A stretch of DNA of 63,893 nt, the filler included, from Octopus bimaculoides (Eukaryota): assembly GCF_001194135.2 (NCBI RefSeq). It is 7 parts of 6 records of this genome, joined end to end, with 100 filler letters (N's around TTAATTAATTAA, not from the genome) between each part and the next. Parts side by side here need not be neighbours in the genome. Positions count along the whole stretch, not along the records: positions 1 to 5,879 come from NC_068991.1; positions 5,980 to 10,210 come from NC_069001.1; 5 more parts are not named here. The stretch is one strand, 5' to 3'. The position numbers and the translations under genes were made by a program. Shown in pieces: positions 1 through 10,266 of the stretch. How positions within the stretch are numbered: position 1 is the first letter of the stretch; each line of letters starts with the position of its first letter. The notes under the pieces are model-generated. The model saw nothing but the letters and a program-made list of their open reading frames with translations. It was not told the origin of the DNA and did no database searches.

Positions 1-55
1 TATGTATGTATGTATGTATGTATGTATGTGCGTGTGTGTGTGCGTGTGTGTGTGT

Positions 56-480
56 TAAATAAAATGATACAACAAAGCCGAGGGTGTGTGGAATTTTCAG
101 GACATTTATAAAGAGGTTAATCTTACAGCTGTTTCTGGGATTTTAGGGATATCCCTTCATCAGAGACGATGTGTGTTTGTTAAATAGAGAGTTACATGTA
201 TGTACATACCTACATCTACATGTATATATAGATACATATCTGGGTACAGGACGTTGCAAAAAAACGTAGACAAAATAATAAACAGAGTACAGAAAACACA
301 CAGGCCACATAGAGAACATTTCCTTCATCAGCTGCTACCATTCTAAAACTAAGCGTTTCGAAGAGTTAGGGCAGGGCGCATTGTTAGAATGGCTCTTCCC
401 ACGGATCACAAATTAAATTTGTACCGTGGAGGAATGTAGTGGCGGACAGAAAACAAAACATGAAAACTAAACAGTGAAAA
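56..480 (-). mobile_element. Non-autonomous PLE/retrozyme-like repeat carrying hammerhead motifs
   Basis: Hammerhead at 120-167, a second CTGATGA at 331-325, and a degenerate GAAGAG...CTCTTC-GAAAC motif at ~405-345; T-rich leader; no ORF. Boundaries approximate. Confidence 0.5.
120..167 (-). ncRNA. Minimal type I hammerhead ribozyme (variant)
   Basis: Minus strand reads GTCT-CTGATGA-A-GGGAT..ATCCC-A-GAAA-C-AGCT-G-TA-AGAT: 4-bp stem I, palindromic AGCT loop, GUA site. A.A mismatch at the base of stem II. Confidence 0.65.
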
Positions 481-810
481 TAAACAAGAAGGGCTAAACG
501 GCCAGACGTGAAAAGAATATGTGTATACTGAACGCTGTGAAGCAACGAACTAGAAGGAAGAGAGAAGAAGAATAGTTCCTGCGAGCTTGGCGATGGCCAA
601 GGTAAGAAAGGAAGTAGTAGCCGGACGTATGTGACCAGCGAGGGGTAAGGAGAAAGAGTGGTACAGGGAGAAAAAGTGGAGGAAGTAGAATATAGGCGAG
701 CAACGAGAGACAGGGAGGAAGAGAGAGATATAGTAGTGAAGGGGAGAGGCGAAGAGCAACAGAAGGAAGAACGAGAGGGGGAGAAAGCTATATGTACATA
801 TATATTTATA

Positions 811-841
<31 letters not shown>

Positions 842-1203
842 GGAGACAGACAGACAGACAGACAGATAGAAAGATAGAAAGACAAACAGACAGAGNNNNN
901 NNNNNNNNNNNNNNNNNNNNNNNNNNNNNNNNNNNNNNNNNNNNNNNNNNNNNNNNNNNNNNNNNNNNNNNNNNNNNNNNNNNNNNNNNNNNNNNNNNNN
1001 NNNNNNNNNNNNNNNNNNNNNNNNNNNNNNNNNNNNNAGAGAAAGAGAGAGAGAGAGAGAGTGCTACCTGTATTAAGAGGTTAGATGAGGTTTTTGATAG
1101 ATTAAAGTCCAATGTCAGAATGTTAATTGTTTGCAGTGTCCACGTTGAACTTGCAGAGAACTGTAGACCTGAAGGTTAGCATGAAGTTTGGCGAGGTGTG
1201 TGA

Positions 1204-1240
<37 letters not shown>

Positions 1241-2375
1241 AATGAAAGATTAACATGATAGAAGAGCAGTGGCGGGGGTGTGGGTGGAGATCGAGATAAG
1301 GATTAGTGTAGATATAAATGGACGTATAAATATAGATAGATGAAGGTGTGTGCGAAGGTGTGTGTTGTTGGGCATTTTTGTATTGCATATGTGTGTGTGT
1401 GTGTGTGTGTGTGTGTATGCGCAATACACACACACGTGCACACATATATCTATGTATAAATGTATATGTGTACATGTATTCAAGTATGTGTAAATGTGTG
1501 TTTGTGCGAATGTGAATGAATGTGAATGAATTCATATGTCTGTATGTATAGGCATGTATATATACGTGTGCATTTGAGAGAGTGTGTGTATGTATATATA
1601 TATATATATATATATATNNNNNNNNNNNNNNNNNNNNNNNNNNNNNNNNNNNNNNNNNNNNNNNNNNNNNNNNNNNNNNNNNNNNNNNNNNNNNNNNNNN
1701 NNNNNNNNNNNNNNNNNNNNNNNNNNNNNNNNNNNNNNNNNNNNNNNNNNNNNNNNNNNNNNNNNNNNNNNNNNNNNNNNNNNNNNNNNNNNNNNNNNNN
1801 NNNNNNNNNNNNNNNNNNNNNNNNNNNNNNNNNNNNNNNNNNNNNNNNNNNNNNNNNNNNNNNNNNNNNNNNNNNNNNNNNNNNNNNNNNNNNNNNNNNN
1901 NNNNNNNNNNNNNNNNNNNNNNNNNNNNNNNNNNNNNNNNNNNNNNNNNNNNNNNNNNNNNNNNNNNNNNNNNNNNNNNNNNNNNNNNNNNNNNNNNNNN
2001 NNNNNNNNNNNNNNNNNNNNNNNNNNNNNNNNNNNNNNNNNNNNNNNNNNNNNNNNNNNNNNNNNNNNNNNNNNNNNNNNNNNNNNNNNNNNNNNNNNNN
2101 NNNNNNNNNNNNNNNNNNNNNNNNNNNNNNNNNNNNNTGTGCTTGTATGTATATATGTATGTATGGATGTATGTATGTATGTATCGATGGATGGTTGGTT
2201 GTATGGATGGATGGATGGATGGATGGATGGATGGATGTAAGGCCTAGAATGAAAACAAATGAGTGAAAATAAAATGCTAAATAGATGGATAGAAAAAGTA
2301 AGTAGAAAGGGTTTGAAAAAATGTTGAGGGGGTGAAAGTGTGAGAGAAAGGGAGAGAGGGAGAGAGAGAGAGAGA

Positions 2376-2432
<57 letters not shown>

Positions 2433-2554
2433 GTAGAAAATGGAGGACAGACTGAATGAAAATGATAGCGACTAAAGAATTGGAACGGTGTCAGATTGAG
2501 TGAGAAAGAGAAAGACACAGAGAGAATAGAAAGAAAACATAGAGAGAGAAGAAA

Positions 2555-2585
<31 letters not shown>

Positions 2586-2784
2586 TAGAAAGAGAGATAG
2601 ATAGAAAGAGAGAGAATATATCGAAGCCATTACAAGACCGTAACATCAATAAAAAACTTTAGTATTTGATAGATTGCCATGTTCTGTTAATCTTGGATTC
2701 ATCTCTTTTATCATCATCAATATAGGTTATATATATACATATATACCGACGTTATAGTTTTACTTTTTGGTACACATTGCTTAC

Positions 2785-2790
2785 CGTTGC
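2785..2790 (-). CDS. Candidate 6-nt microexon (GCAACG)
   Basis: Minus strand TTAATGCAG|GCAACG|GTAAGC; CTAAT branch-like motif upstream; paralogous copy at 3149-3154. Confidence 0.4.
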
Positions 2791-3148
2791 CTGCATTAAC
2801 TGTTTGTATACGCATTAGCTATTCGCCAAATCATCCATAGATTTCTATGGTGTAGATATATATATATGCAGGAAGCGATCTTTTGTCCGTCCGTGAATAG
2901 CCGGGTCGGGCCGATCCCTATTGAAGTGACTACGACAGAAATTCAGAAACTGACCCATCAGTCTGGGAATATCTCGACCACTGCTTTTCGGGCAATTACA
3001 GTCCTTGTCAGCGTTTATGATTACCATTATGTGTTTTGACTGCAGCATTAAGCGTTTAGCTCTTATTTCTCGCAATGCAGGTGTTTCTTACACCCTCAGT
3101 TATATTTAATGACGGTTATAGTTTTCCTTTTTGTCACACATTGCTTAC

Positions 3149-3154
3149 CGCTGC
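3149..3154 (-). CDS. Candidate 6-nt microexon (GCAGCG)
   Basis: Minus strand GTGCATATTGTAG|GCAGCG|GTAAGC; shares ~40 nt of downstream intron with the 2785 copy. Confidence 0.4.
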
Positions 3155-3199
3155 CTACAATATGCACACACATATGTGTGTATATATACATACATGTAT

Positions 3200-3234
<35 letters not shown>

Positions 3235-3632
3235 NNNNNNNNNNNNNNNNNNNNNNNNNNNNNNNNNNNNNNNNNNNNNNNNNNNNNNNNNNNNNNNNNN
3301 NNNNNNNNNNNNNNNNNNNNNNNNNNNNNNNNNNNNNNNNNNNNNNNNNNNNNNNNNNNNNNNNNNNNNNNNNNNNNNNNNNNNNNNNNNNNNNNNNNNN
3401 NNNNNNNNNNNNNNNNNNNNNNNNNNNNNNNNNNNNNNNNNNNNNNNNNNNNNNNNNNNNNNNNNNNNNNNNNNNNNNNNNNNNNNNNNNNNNNNNNNNN
3501 NNNNNNNNNNNNNNNNNNNNNNNNNNNNNNNNNNNNNNNNNNNNNNNNNNNNNNNNNNNNNNNNNNNNNNNNNNNNNNNNNNNNNNNNNNNNNNNNNNNN
3601 NNNNNNNNNNNNNNNNNNNNNNNNNNNNNNNN

Positions 3633-3811
3633 TTATATGTCTGCGTTTGTCCGCAGCCCCATTGCTTGACAATCGATGTTGGTGTGTTTACGTCCCCATA
3701 ACCAAAGAGACCGATAGAATAAGTACTAGGCTTACAAAAAATAAGTCCTGGGGTCGATTTGTTCGACTAAATGCGATGCTGCAGCATGGTCGCAATCAAA
3801 TCACTGAAACA
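3633..3811 (+). mobile_element. SINE family C (CORE-like), 3' half
   Basis: TTGACAATCGATGTTGGTGTGTTTACGT block is shared with the minus-strand copy at 40883-41149. Confidence 0.75.
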
Positions 3812-3853
3812 TGTGGTTGGTAAGCAAGCTACGTACCACACAGCCACTCCTAC
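3810..3853 (-). mobile_element. SINE family C, 5' head fragment
   Basis: Reverse complement GTAGGAGTGGCTGTGTGGTACGTAGCTTGCTTACCAACCACATG matches the heads at 35392 and 41149. Confidence 0.7.
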
Positions 3854-4162
3854 GCCTATGTATGTCTACACACAGACACACATATATATACAAGTGTAGG
3901 AAGTTAGTAAGCTTCATGCATTTATGCGGCAGATGGGACTGATGTCTTAAAGTGGACAGTATTCGATACGATGTGCTTATTAACATCGTGACACGCTTTC
4001 TTCGCATTCGGAATTTCGATGAACAGATTGTTTCCCTACAGCTAACGGTTTAACAACTTAAACAGCAAAACATGCGAATGAAAACCCGAAACATAAGGAA
4101 TAGAACACTAATTGGGGTTTCTTATTTTCTTTTTGTCTTTTTTCTTGTAATTTTTCATACGT

Positions 4163-4336
4163 GGAGGCGCAATGGCCCAATGGTTAGGGCAGCGGACTCG
4201 CGGTCATAGGATCGCGGTTTCGATTCCCAGACCGGGCGTTGTGAGTTTTTTTGTTTTTTTTTTGAGCGAAAACACCTAGAGCTCCACGTGGCTCCAGCAG
4301 GGGATGGTGGAGAACCCTGCTGTACTCTAACACCAC
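4163..4336 (+). mobile_element. tRNA-derived SINE family A (tRNA-Arg-like head), 3' part lost in gap
   Basis: A box TGGCCCAATGG, B box GGTTTCGATTCCC; body matches copies at 5371-5660 and 21640-22025. Confidence 0.85.
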
Positions 4337-5370
4337 NNNNNNNNNNNNNNNNNNNNNNNNNNNNNNNNNNNNNNNNNNNNNNNNNNNNNNNNNNNNNNNN
4401 NNNNNNNNNNNNNNNNNNNNNNNNNNNNNNNNNNNNNNNNNNNNNNNNNNNNNNNNNNNNNNNNNNNNNNNNNNNNNNNNNNNNNNNNNNNNNNNNNNNN
4501 NNNNNNNNNNNNNNNNNNNNNNNNNNNNNNNNNNNNNNNNNNNNNNNNNNNNNNNNNNNNNNNNNNNNNNNNNNNNNNNNNNNNNNNNNNNNNNNNNNNN
4601 NNNNNNNNNNNNNNNNNNNNNNNNNNNNNNNNNNNNNNNNNNNNNNNNNNNNNNNNNNNNNNNNNNNNNNNNNNNNNNNNNNNNNNNNNNNNNNNNNNNN
4701 NNNNNNNNNNNNNNNNNNNNNNNNNNNNNNNNNNNNNNNNNNNNNNNNNNNNNNNNNNNNNNNNNNNNNNNNNNNNNNNNNNNNNNNNNNNNNNNNNNNN
4801 NNNNNNNNNNNNNNNNNNNNNNNNNNNNNNNNNNNNNNNNNNNNNNNNNNNNNNNNNNNNNNNNNNNNNNNNNNNNNNNNNNNNNNNNNNNNNNNNNNNN
4901 NNNNNNNNNNNNNNNNNNNNNNNNNNNNNNNNNNNNNNNNNNNNNNNNNNNNNNNNNNNNNNNNNNNNNNNNNNNNNNNNNNNNNNNNNNNNNNNNNNNN
5001 NNNNNNNNNNNNNNNNNNNNNNNNNNNNNNNNNNNNNNNNNNNNNNNNNNNNNNNNNNNNNNNNNNNNNNNNNNNNNNNNNNNNNNNNNNNNNNNNNNNN
5101 NNNNNNNNNNNNNNNNNNNNNNNNNNNNNNNNNNNNNNNNNNNNNNNNNNNNNNNNNNNNNNNNNNNNNNNNNNNNNNNNNNNNNNNNNNNNNNNNNNNN
5201 NNNNNNNNNNNNNNNNNNNNNNNNNNNNNNNNNNNNNNNNNNNNNNNNNNNNNNNNNNNNNNNNNNNNNNNNNNNNNNNNNNNTTTTATTACCAATTTCT
5301 AATGACTGTTTATTTTACACCCGCCCTATGTATGTATCACTTCTTTTTATTATTATTTTTATTATGCACC

Positions 5371-5660
5371 CTTTTAAAGCCGAGCCAGGCTCATAGGCCC
5401 GGTTTCTATGGCGTATGTGTTCTCCCCCAGCTGGATGGGACGCCAGTCCATCGCAGCGTTACGCAAGAAACAGGAAGAAAGAGTGAGAGAAAGTTGGGGC
5501 GAAAGAGTACAACAGAGGTCACCACCACCCCCTGCCGGAGCCTCGTGGAGCTTTAGGTGATTTCGCCCATTAAACACACACAACGCCTGGTCTGGGAATC
5601 GAAACCACGATCCTCCGACCGCTAGTCCGCTGACCTAACCACTGGGCCATTGCGCCTCCA
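5371..5660 (-). mobile_element. SINE family A with alternative tail
   Basis: Head and body as in the 21640-22025 copy; after TTCCTGTTTCT the tail switches to GCGTAACGCTGCGATGGACTGGCGTCCCATCCAGCTGG. Confidence 0.85.
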
Positions 5661-5846
5661 CATCATTTTTTTTTTACCACTTCTGTACACCACTTTACTC
5701 GAATAATGGAATTGCAACTACAATGTTTTATATTTTATTTCTACTTTCATTCTCTTATTCCCTCTGCATTCTCCATCTCCTCCTTTACCACAATAATTCC
5801 TTATTTCGAACTCAAACATTTACCTCTATTTAACCATCTCACAGCT

Positions 5847-5879
<33 letters not shown>

Positions 5880-5923
5880 NNNNNNNNNNNNNNNNNNNNN
5901 NNNNNNNNNNNNNNNNNNNNNNN

Positions 5924-5935
5924 TTAATTAATTAA
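5924..5935. other. Artificial gap linker TTAATTAATTAA (44 N + 12 + 44 N)
   Basis: Palindrome with stops in all six frames, centred in an exactly 100-bp gap. Confidence 0.95.
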
Positions 5936-6030
5936 NNNNNNNNNNNNNNNNNNNNNNNNNNNNNNNNNNNNNNNNNNNNTATATATATATATACATTCAT
6001 ATATATATATATATATGCACACACGATGAG

Positions 6031-6153
6031 CTTCTTTCAGTTTCCATCTGCCAAATCTACGCACAAGTCTTTGGTCTGCCCGAGGCTATAGTAGAAAACA
6101 CTTGCCCAAGGTGCGACACAGTATGACTGAAACCCGAACCATGTGGTCGGGAA

Positions 6154-6158
<5 letters not shown>
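6031..6158 (-). mobile_element. SINE family C (CORE-like) fragment
   Basis: Reverse complement contains CACCTTGGGCAAGTGTTTTCTACTATAGCCTCGGGCAGACCAAAG. Confidence 0.75.
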
Positions 6159-6198
<40 letters not shown>

Positions 6199-6965
6199 TC
6201 CGAGTGCGTGAGTATATATATACACATATATATATGCATGCATACATATATACACACATTTACACACACACATGTGTACGTATATATAACTGTACGTGTT
6301 TATACATCCTTTTCCTGTGTTGACATAGGTTACAAATTACATCATCGTGTTACGTGTGTATATATATATATAGATATATATATATGTGTGTGTGTGTGTC
6401 TGTGTCTGTGTGTCAATGTATGTGTGAAATATATATATATATTATACTGTGTGTATACGACTTCTCTGAAGCTGTCCACCAGATGTCCCTATCTTCGTAG
6501 CAAGCCACTGTCACACACCACCGGCGACAATAACAACACCAGCAGTAATAACAAAACAACAACAACAAAAACAAAAACAACAACAACAACAATAAAAGCA
6601 ACAGCAACCACCAAAACAACAAGAACCACAGAAGCCAGAAGATGAAAAAAAATAACAATATTAAAATGAAGAAGTATCTTACCAGCGCAAACAAAAATTA
6701 CAATTTAAATAGATTTCTTCCATAAATTTACAAAGCATATACGTACACGCACACACACACACGCATAGACACAAACACACATATATATGTATGTATTGTG
6801 TGTATGTGCGCGTGTATTATGAGAACGCTTGAGTGTGTGGGCGTGCATATGTGTTTATTTATATATAAATGTGCGCATAAACATATACATACATGTAAAT
6901 ATAAACATACATACACACACATATATATATATTATACATACATGTATATATAATATATATGTATA

Positions 6966-7008
<43 letters not shown>

Positions 7009-9209
7009 NNNNNNNNNNNNNNNNNNNNNNNNNNNNNNNNNNNNNNNNNNNNNNNNNNNNNNNNNNNNNNNNNNNNNNNNNNNNNNNNNNNNNNNNNNNN
7101 NNNNNNNNNNNNNNNNNNNNNNNNNNNNNNNNNNNNNNNNNNNNNNNNNNNNNNNNNNNNNNNNNNNNNNNNNNNNNNNNNNNNNNNNNNNNNNNNNNNN
7201 NNNNNNNNNNNNNNNNNNNNNNNNNNNNNNNNNNNNNNNNNNNNNNNNNNNNNNNNNNNNNNNNNNNNNNNNNNNNNNNNNNNNNNNNNNNNNNNNNNNN
7301 NNNNNNNNNNNNNNNNNNNNNNNNNNNNNNNNNNNNNNNNNNNNNNNNNNNNNNNNNNNNNNNNNNNNNNNNNNNNNNNNNNNNNNNNNNNNNNNNNNNN
7401 NNNNNNNNNNNNNNNNNNNNNNNNNNNNNNNNNNNNNNNNNNNNNNNNNNNNNNNNNNNNNNNNNNNNNNNNNNNNNNNNNNNNNNNNNNNNNNNNNNNN
7501 NNNNNNNNNNNNNNNNNNNNNNNNNNNNNNNNNNNNNNNNNNNNNNNNNNNNNNNNNNNNNNNNNNNNNNNNNNNNNNNNNNNNNNNNNNNNNNNNNNNN
7601 NNNNNNNNNNNNNNNNNNNNNNNNNNNNNNNNNNNNNNNNNNNNNNNNNNNNNNNNNNNNNNNNNNNNNNNNNNNNNNNNNNNNNNNNNNNNNNNNNNNN
7701 NNNNNNNNNNNNNNNNNNNNNNNNNNNNNNNNNNNNNNNNNNNNNNNNNNNNNNNNNNTATATATATATATATATATATATATATGCATCTATATGTATA
7801 TATGCATATATATGGTCGACGTATTTTATAATAACTCAATATGACCAAATTTTTAGTAATCCACGCTTTTTATAATCTTCGCCGATCATTTCAGATACTA
7901 TCTATCGCCCTCATTCAATTTTGTGAACATTTAAGCATTTAAACATGTGTTCTACAGCGCAATTTTAAATTCTGTTATTATTCTGTTGTTTTATACACGT
8001 TTATATCGTTGATAAAAAAAATAAAAAAATTGTTGAGACTACTAGTTCGGTATGTATGTAAATAAATTTATTTTAAAAAACAAATAGCTACAAGTTTTTC
8101 AAACTCAGGTGCATTTTCAAAAACAAATTCTCCTATATTTTTTCCTGCTTGTAAATACACCCCTTATATATATATATATNNNNNNNNNNNNNNNNNNNNN
8201 NNNNNNNNNNNNNNNNNNNNNNNNNNNNNNNNNNNNNNNNNNNNNNNNNNNNNNNNNNNNNNNNNNNNNNNNNNNNNNNNNNNNNNNNNNNNNNNNNNNN
8301 NNNNNNNNNNNNNNNNNNNNNNNNNNNNNNNNNNNNNNNNNNNNNNNNNNNNNNNNNNNNNNNNNNNNNNNNNNNNNNNNNNNNNNNNNNNNNNNNNNNN
8401 NNNNNNNNNNNNNNNNNNNNNNNNNNNNNNNNNNNNNNNNNNNNNNNNNNNNNNNNNNNNNNNNNNNNNNNNNNNNNNNNNNNNNNNNNNNNNNNNNNNN
8501 NNNNNNNNNNNNNNNNNNNNNNNNNNNNNNNNNNNNNNNNNNNNNNNNNNNNNNNNNNNNNNNNNNNNNNNNNNNNNNNNNNNNNNNNNNNNNNNNNNNN
8601 NNNNNNNNNNNNNNNNNNNNNNTATATATATATATATATATATATTGTGTTTATGTTCGCGTGTATCTATTTGTACAGCTATATACAGATGTTTGGATGT
8701 AAGAGCGATGCGAGAATATATGTATGTATTTCTGAGTGTGTATGTGTGTATTTATCTATTTTTGACTGCTCTTAATGTATTTCAAGATATGCACAGTTGT
8801 AAATATTTGGCAGTGCATCACAACAATACCTAACCTTATAGTTGTTGAAATTTCACCTCTCAGCTAGAACAGTGACCTACACTTCGTTTTTAAAATACTT
8901 TCAAACAATACTAATACGTTCTGCCGTTTGAAACAGTAAAAATCCAAGCATTCGCAAAGAGTTTCACTAAACTTATCTCTTCAGAATCTAGATGCAGCTC
9001 TGAAAGTTGTGGCGTGATCGAAACTCTGTAACTTTCAGTACTGACTCAAAGTTCTTTAGAATATCTGTAGAGATAACTTAAAAGTGATTGGATTATATAT
9101 ACTGCGAATGCAAAGCCGTAGGAAAAATGTTGACATAAACTTCTAATATACTTGGTAGTACAGGGTGTCCCCAAAGTCTGGACACATACGAGATCTCATT
9201 AACTATATT

Positions 9210-9392
9210 TTATTAACCATGCGTGAGTAAGCTAAGCAGGATTATTGTAGTCTCTCGTCTTCGTCTGTTTGTGTGTTTGCAAAATTACTGGAAAATGGCT
9301 GAACAGATTTTCACCAAATTTGGCAGAAATATTCACTGGGTGAGTGGCCCAAACTCATTAAATTTTGGGTTGATTATATTCACAACTGGCGG
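9210..9392 (-). mobile_element. Helentron/DINE-1-like non-autonomous element, 3' fragment
   Basis: Reverse complement has CCAAATTTGGTGAAAATCTGTTCAGCC..CAAACACACAAACAGAC, the same architecture as 63224-63604. Confidence 0.45.
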
Positions 9393-9745
9393 ACGAGTGA
9401 AGTAGTGGGGGAACATCATAGTGGTGTGTTGAGAAGAATTCTTTGGGGTTTGAATAATTCACCTTTGGAAACATGGGTATTTCATTCATCATCTTTAAAC
9501 TACCATTATTCAGGAAACTTGTGAGCAGGATAGGCTGCTCGACCTGAAGAAAATTCTAACTGGGCCCACGAGCAAGGGCAGGTGCTATTTATCTTGATAT
9601 GAAATCACTATGTCGCGTACATACGGTTGTGATGCATGTGCCTGGTGTACCCTTATCAGACTGGTAGTCATGATGGGTATATTGGGCTACATATATTTAT
9701 TTATACCCCAGTATCACTTTGATGCCATGCGCTGCTCCCTCACTC
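9393..9745 (+). mobile_element. ~550-bp (TAA)n-flanked non-coding element, 5'-truncated
   Basis: Aligns to the reverse complement of 13909-14250; ends CTCACTC followed by (AAT)n. Confidence 0.85.
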
Positions 9746-9801
<56 letters not shown>

Positions 9802-9805
9802 TAAT

Positions 9806-9985
9806 GTGGAACTTTTACAAAAGATTTGCCTCCTTGGCACGGCCAAAATAATCAGGAAAGTATCAGATAGTTGAAATGAACGGCTAGCATGGTACCATAG
9901 GCAGCATGCAGCAATCCCGCTACGCATGCAAGACTCCCGCAGTTCCAACAAACTTGTGATAAAAAGAAATGATAATAATAATAAT
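9806..9985 (+). mobile_element. R4/Dong-like non-LTR retrotransposon, extreme 3' end
   Basis: Encodes VELLQKICLLGTAKIIRKVSDS* (compare QKIALLGTARILRK at ~20430), then a short 3' UTR; sits between (TAA)n tracts. Confidence 0.7.
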
Positions 9986-10165
9986 CATATCTGCATATTT
10001 ATTTACTCTATCCCACGCATTGAGTTTTAAATCAGATAACGTATGCAGTGCGCAAAATGTGTGTTCAAATTATTTTGCAACAATACGCACACACACACAC
10101 ACACATATACTTCCTTTAACACATGTACACATATATGCAATATATATGCATGCATCTACATATAC

Positions 10166-10210
<45 letters not shown>

Positions 10211-10254
10211 NNNNNNNNNNNNNNNNNNNNNNNNNNNNNNNNNNNNNNNNNNNN

Positions 10255-10266
10255 TTAATTAATTAA
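10255..10266. other. Artificial gap linker TTAATTAATTAA
   Basis: 44 N on each side. Confidence 0.95.

Noticed and set aside
4163-4240. tRNA gene
   Set aside because: It has A/B boxes but no complete cloverleaf, and it continues into a repeated SINE body.
7875-7925. Hammerhead-like TGAATGA..GAAATGATCG on the minus strand
   Set aside because: Several core mismatches and no stem I.
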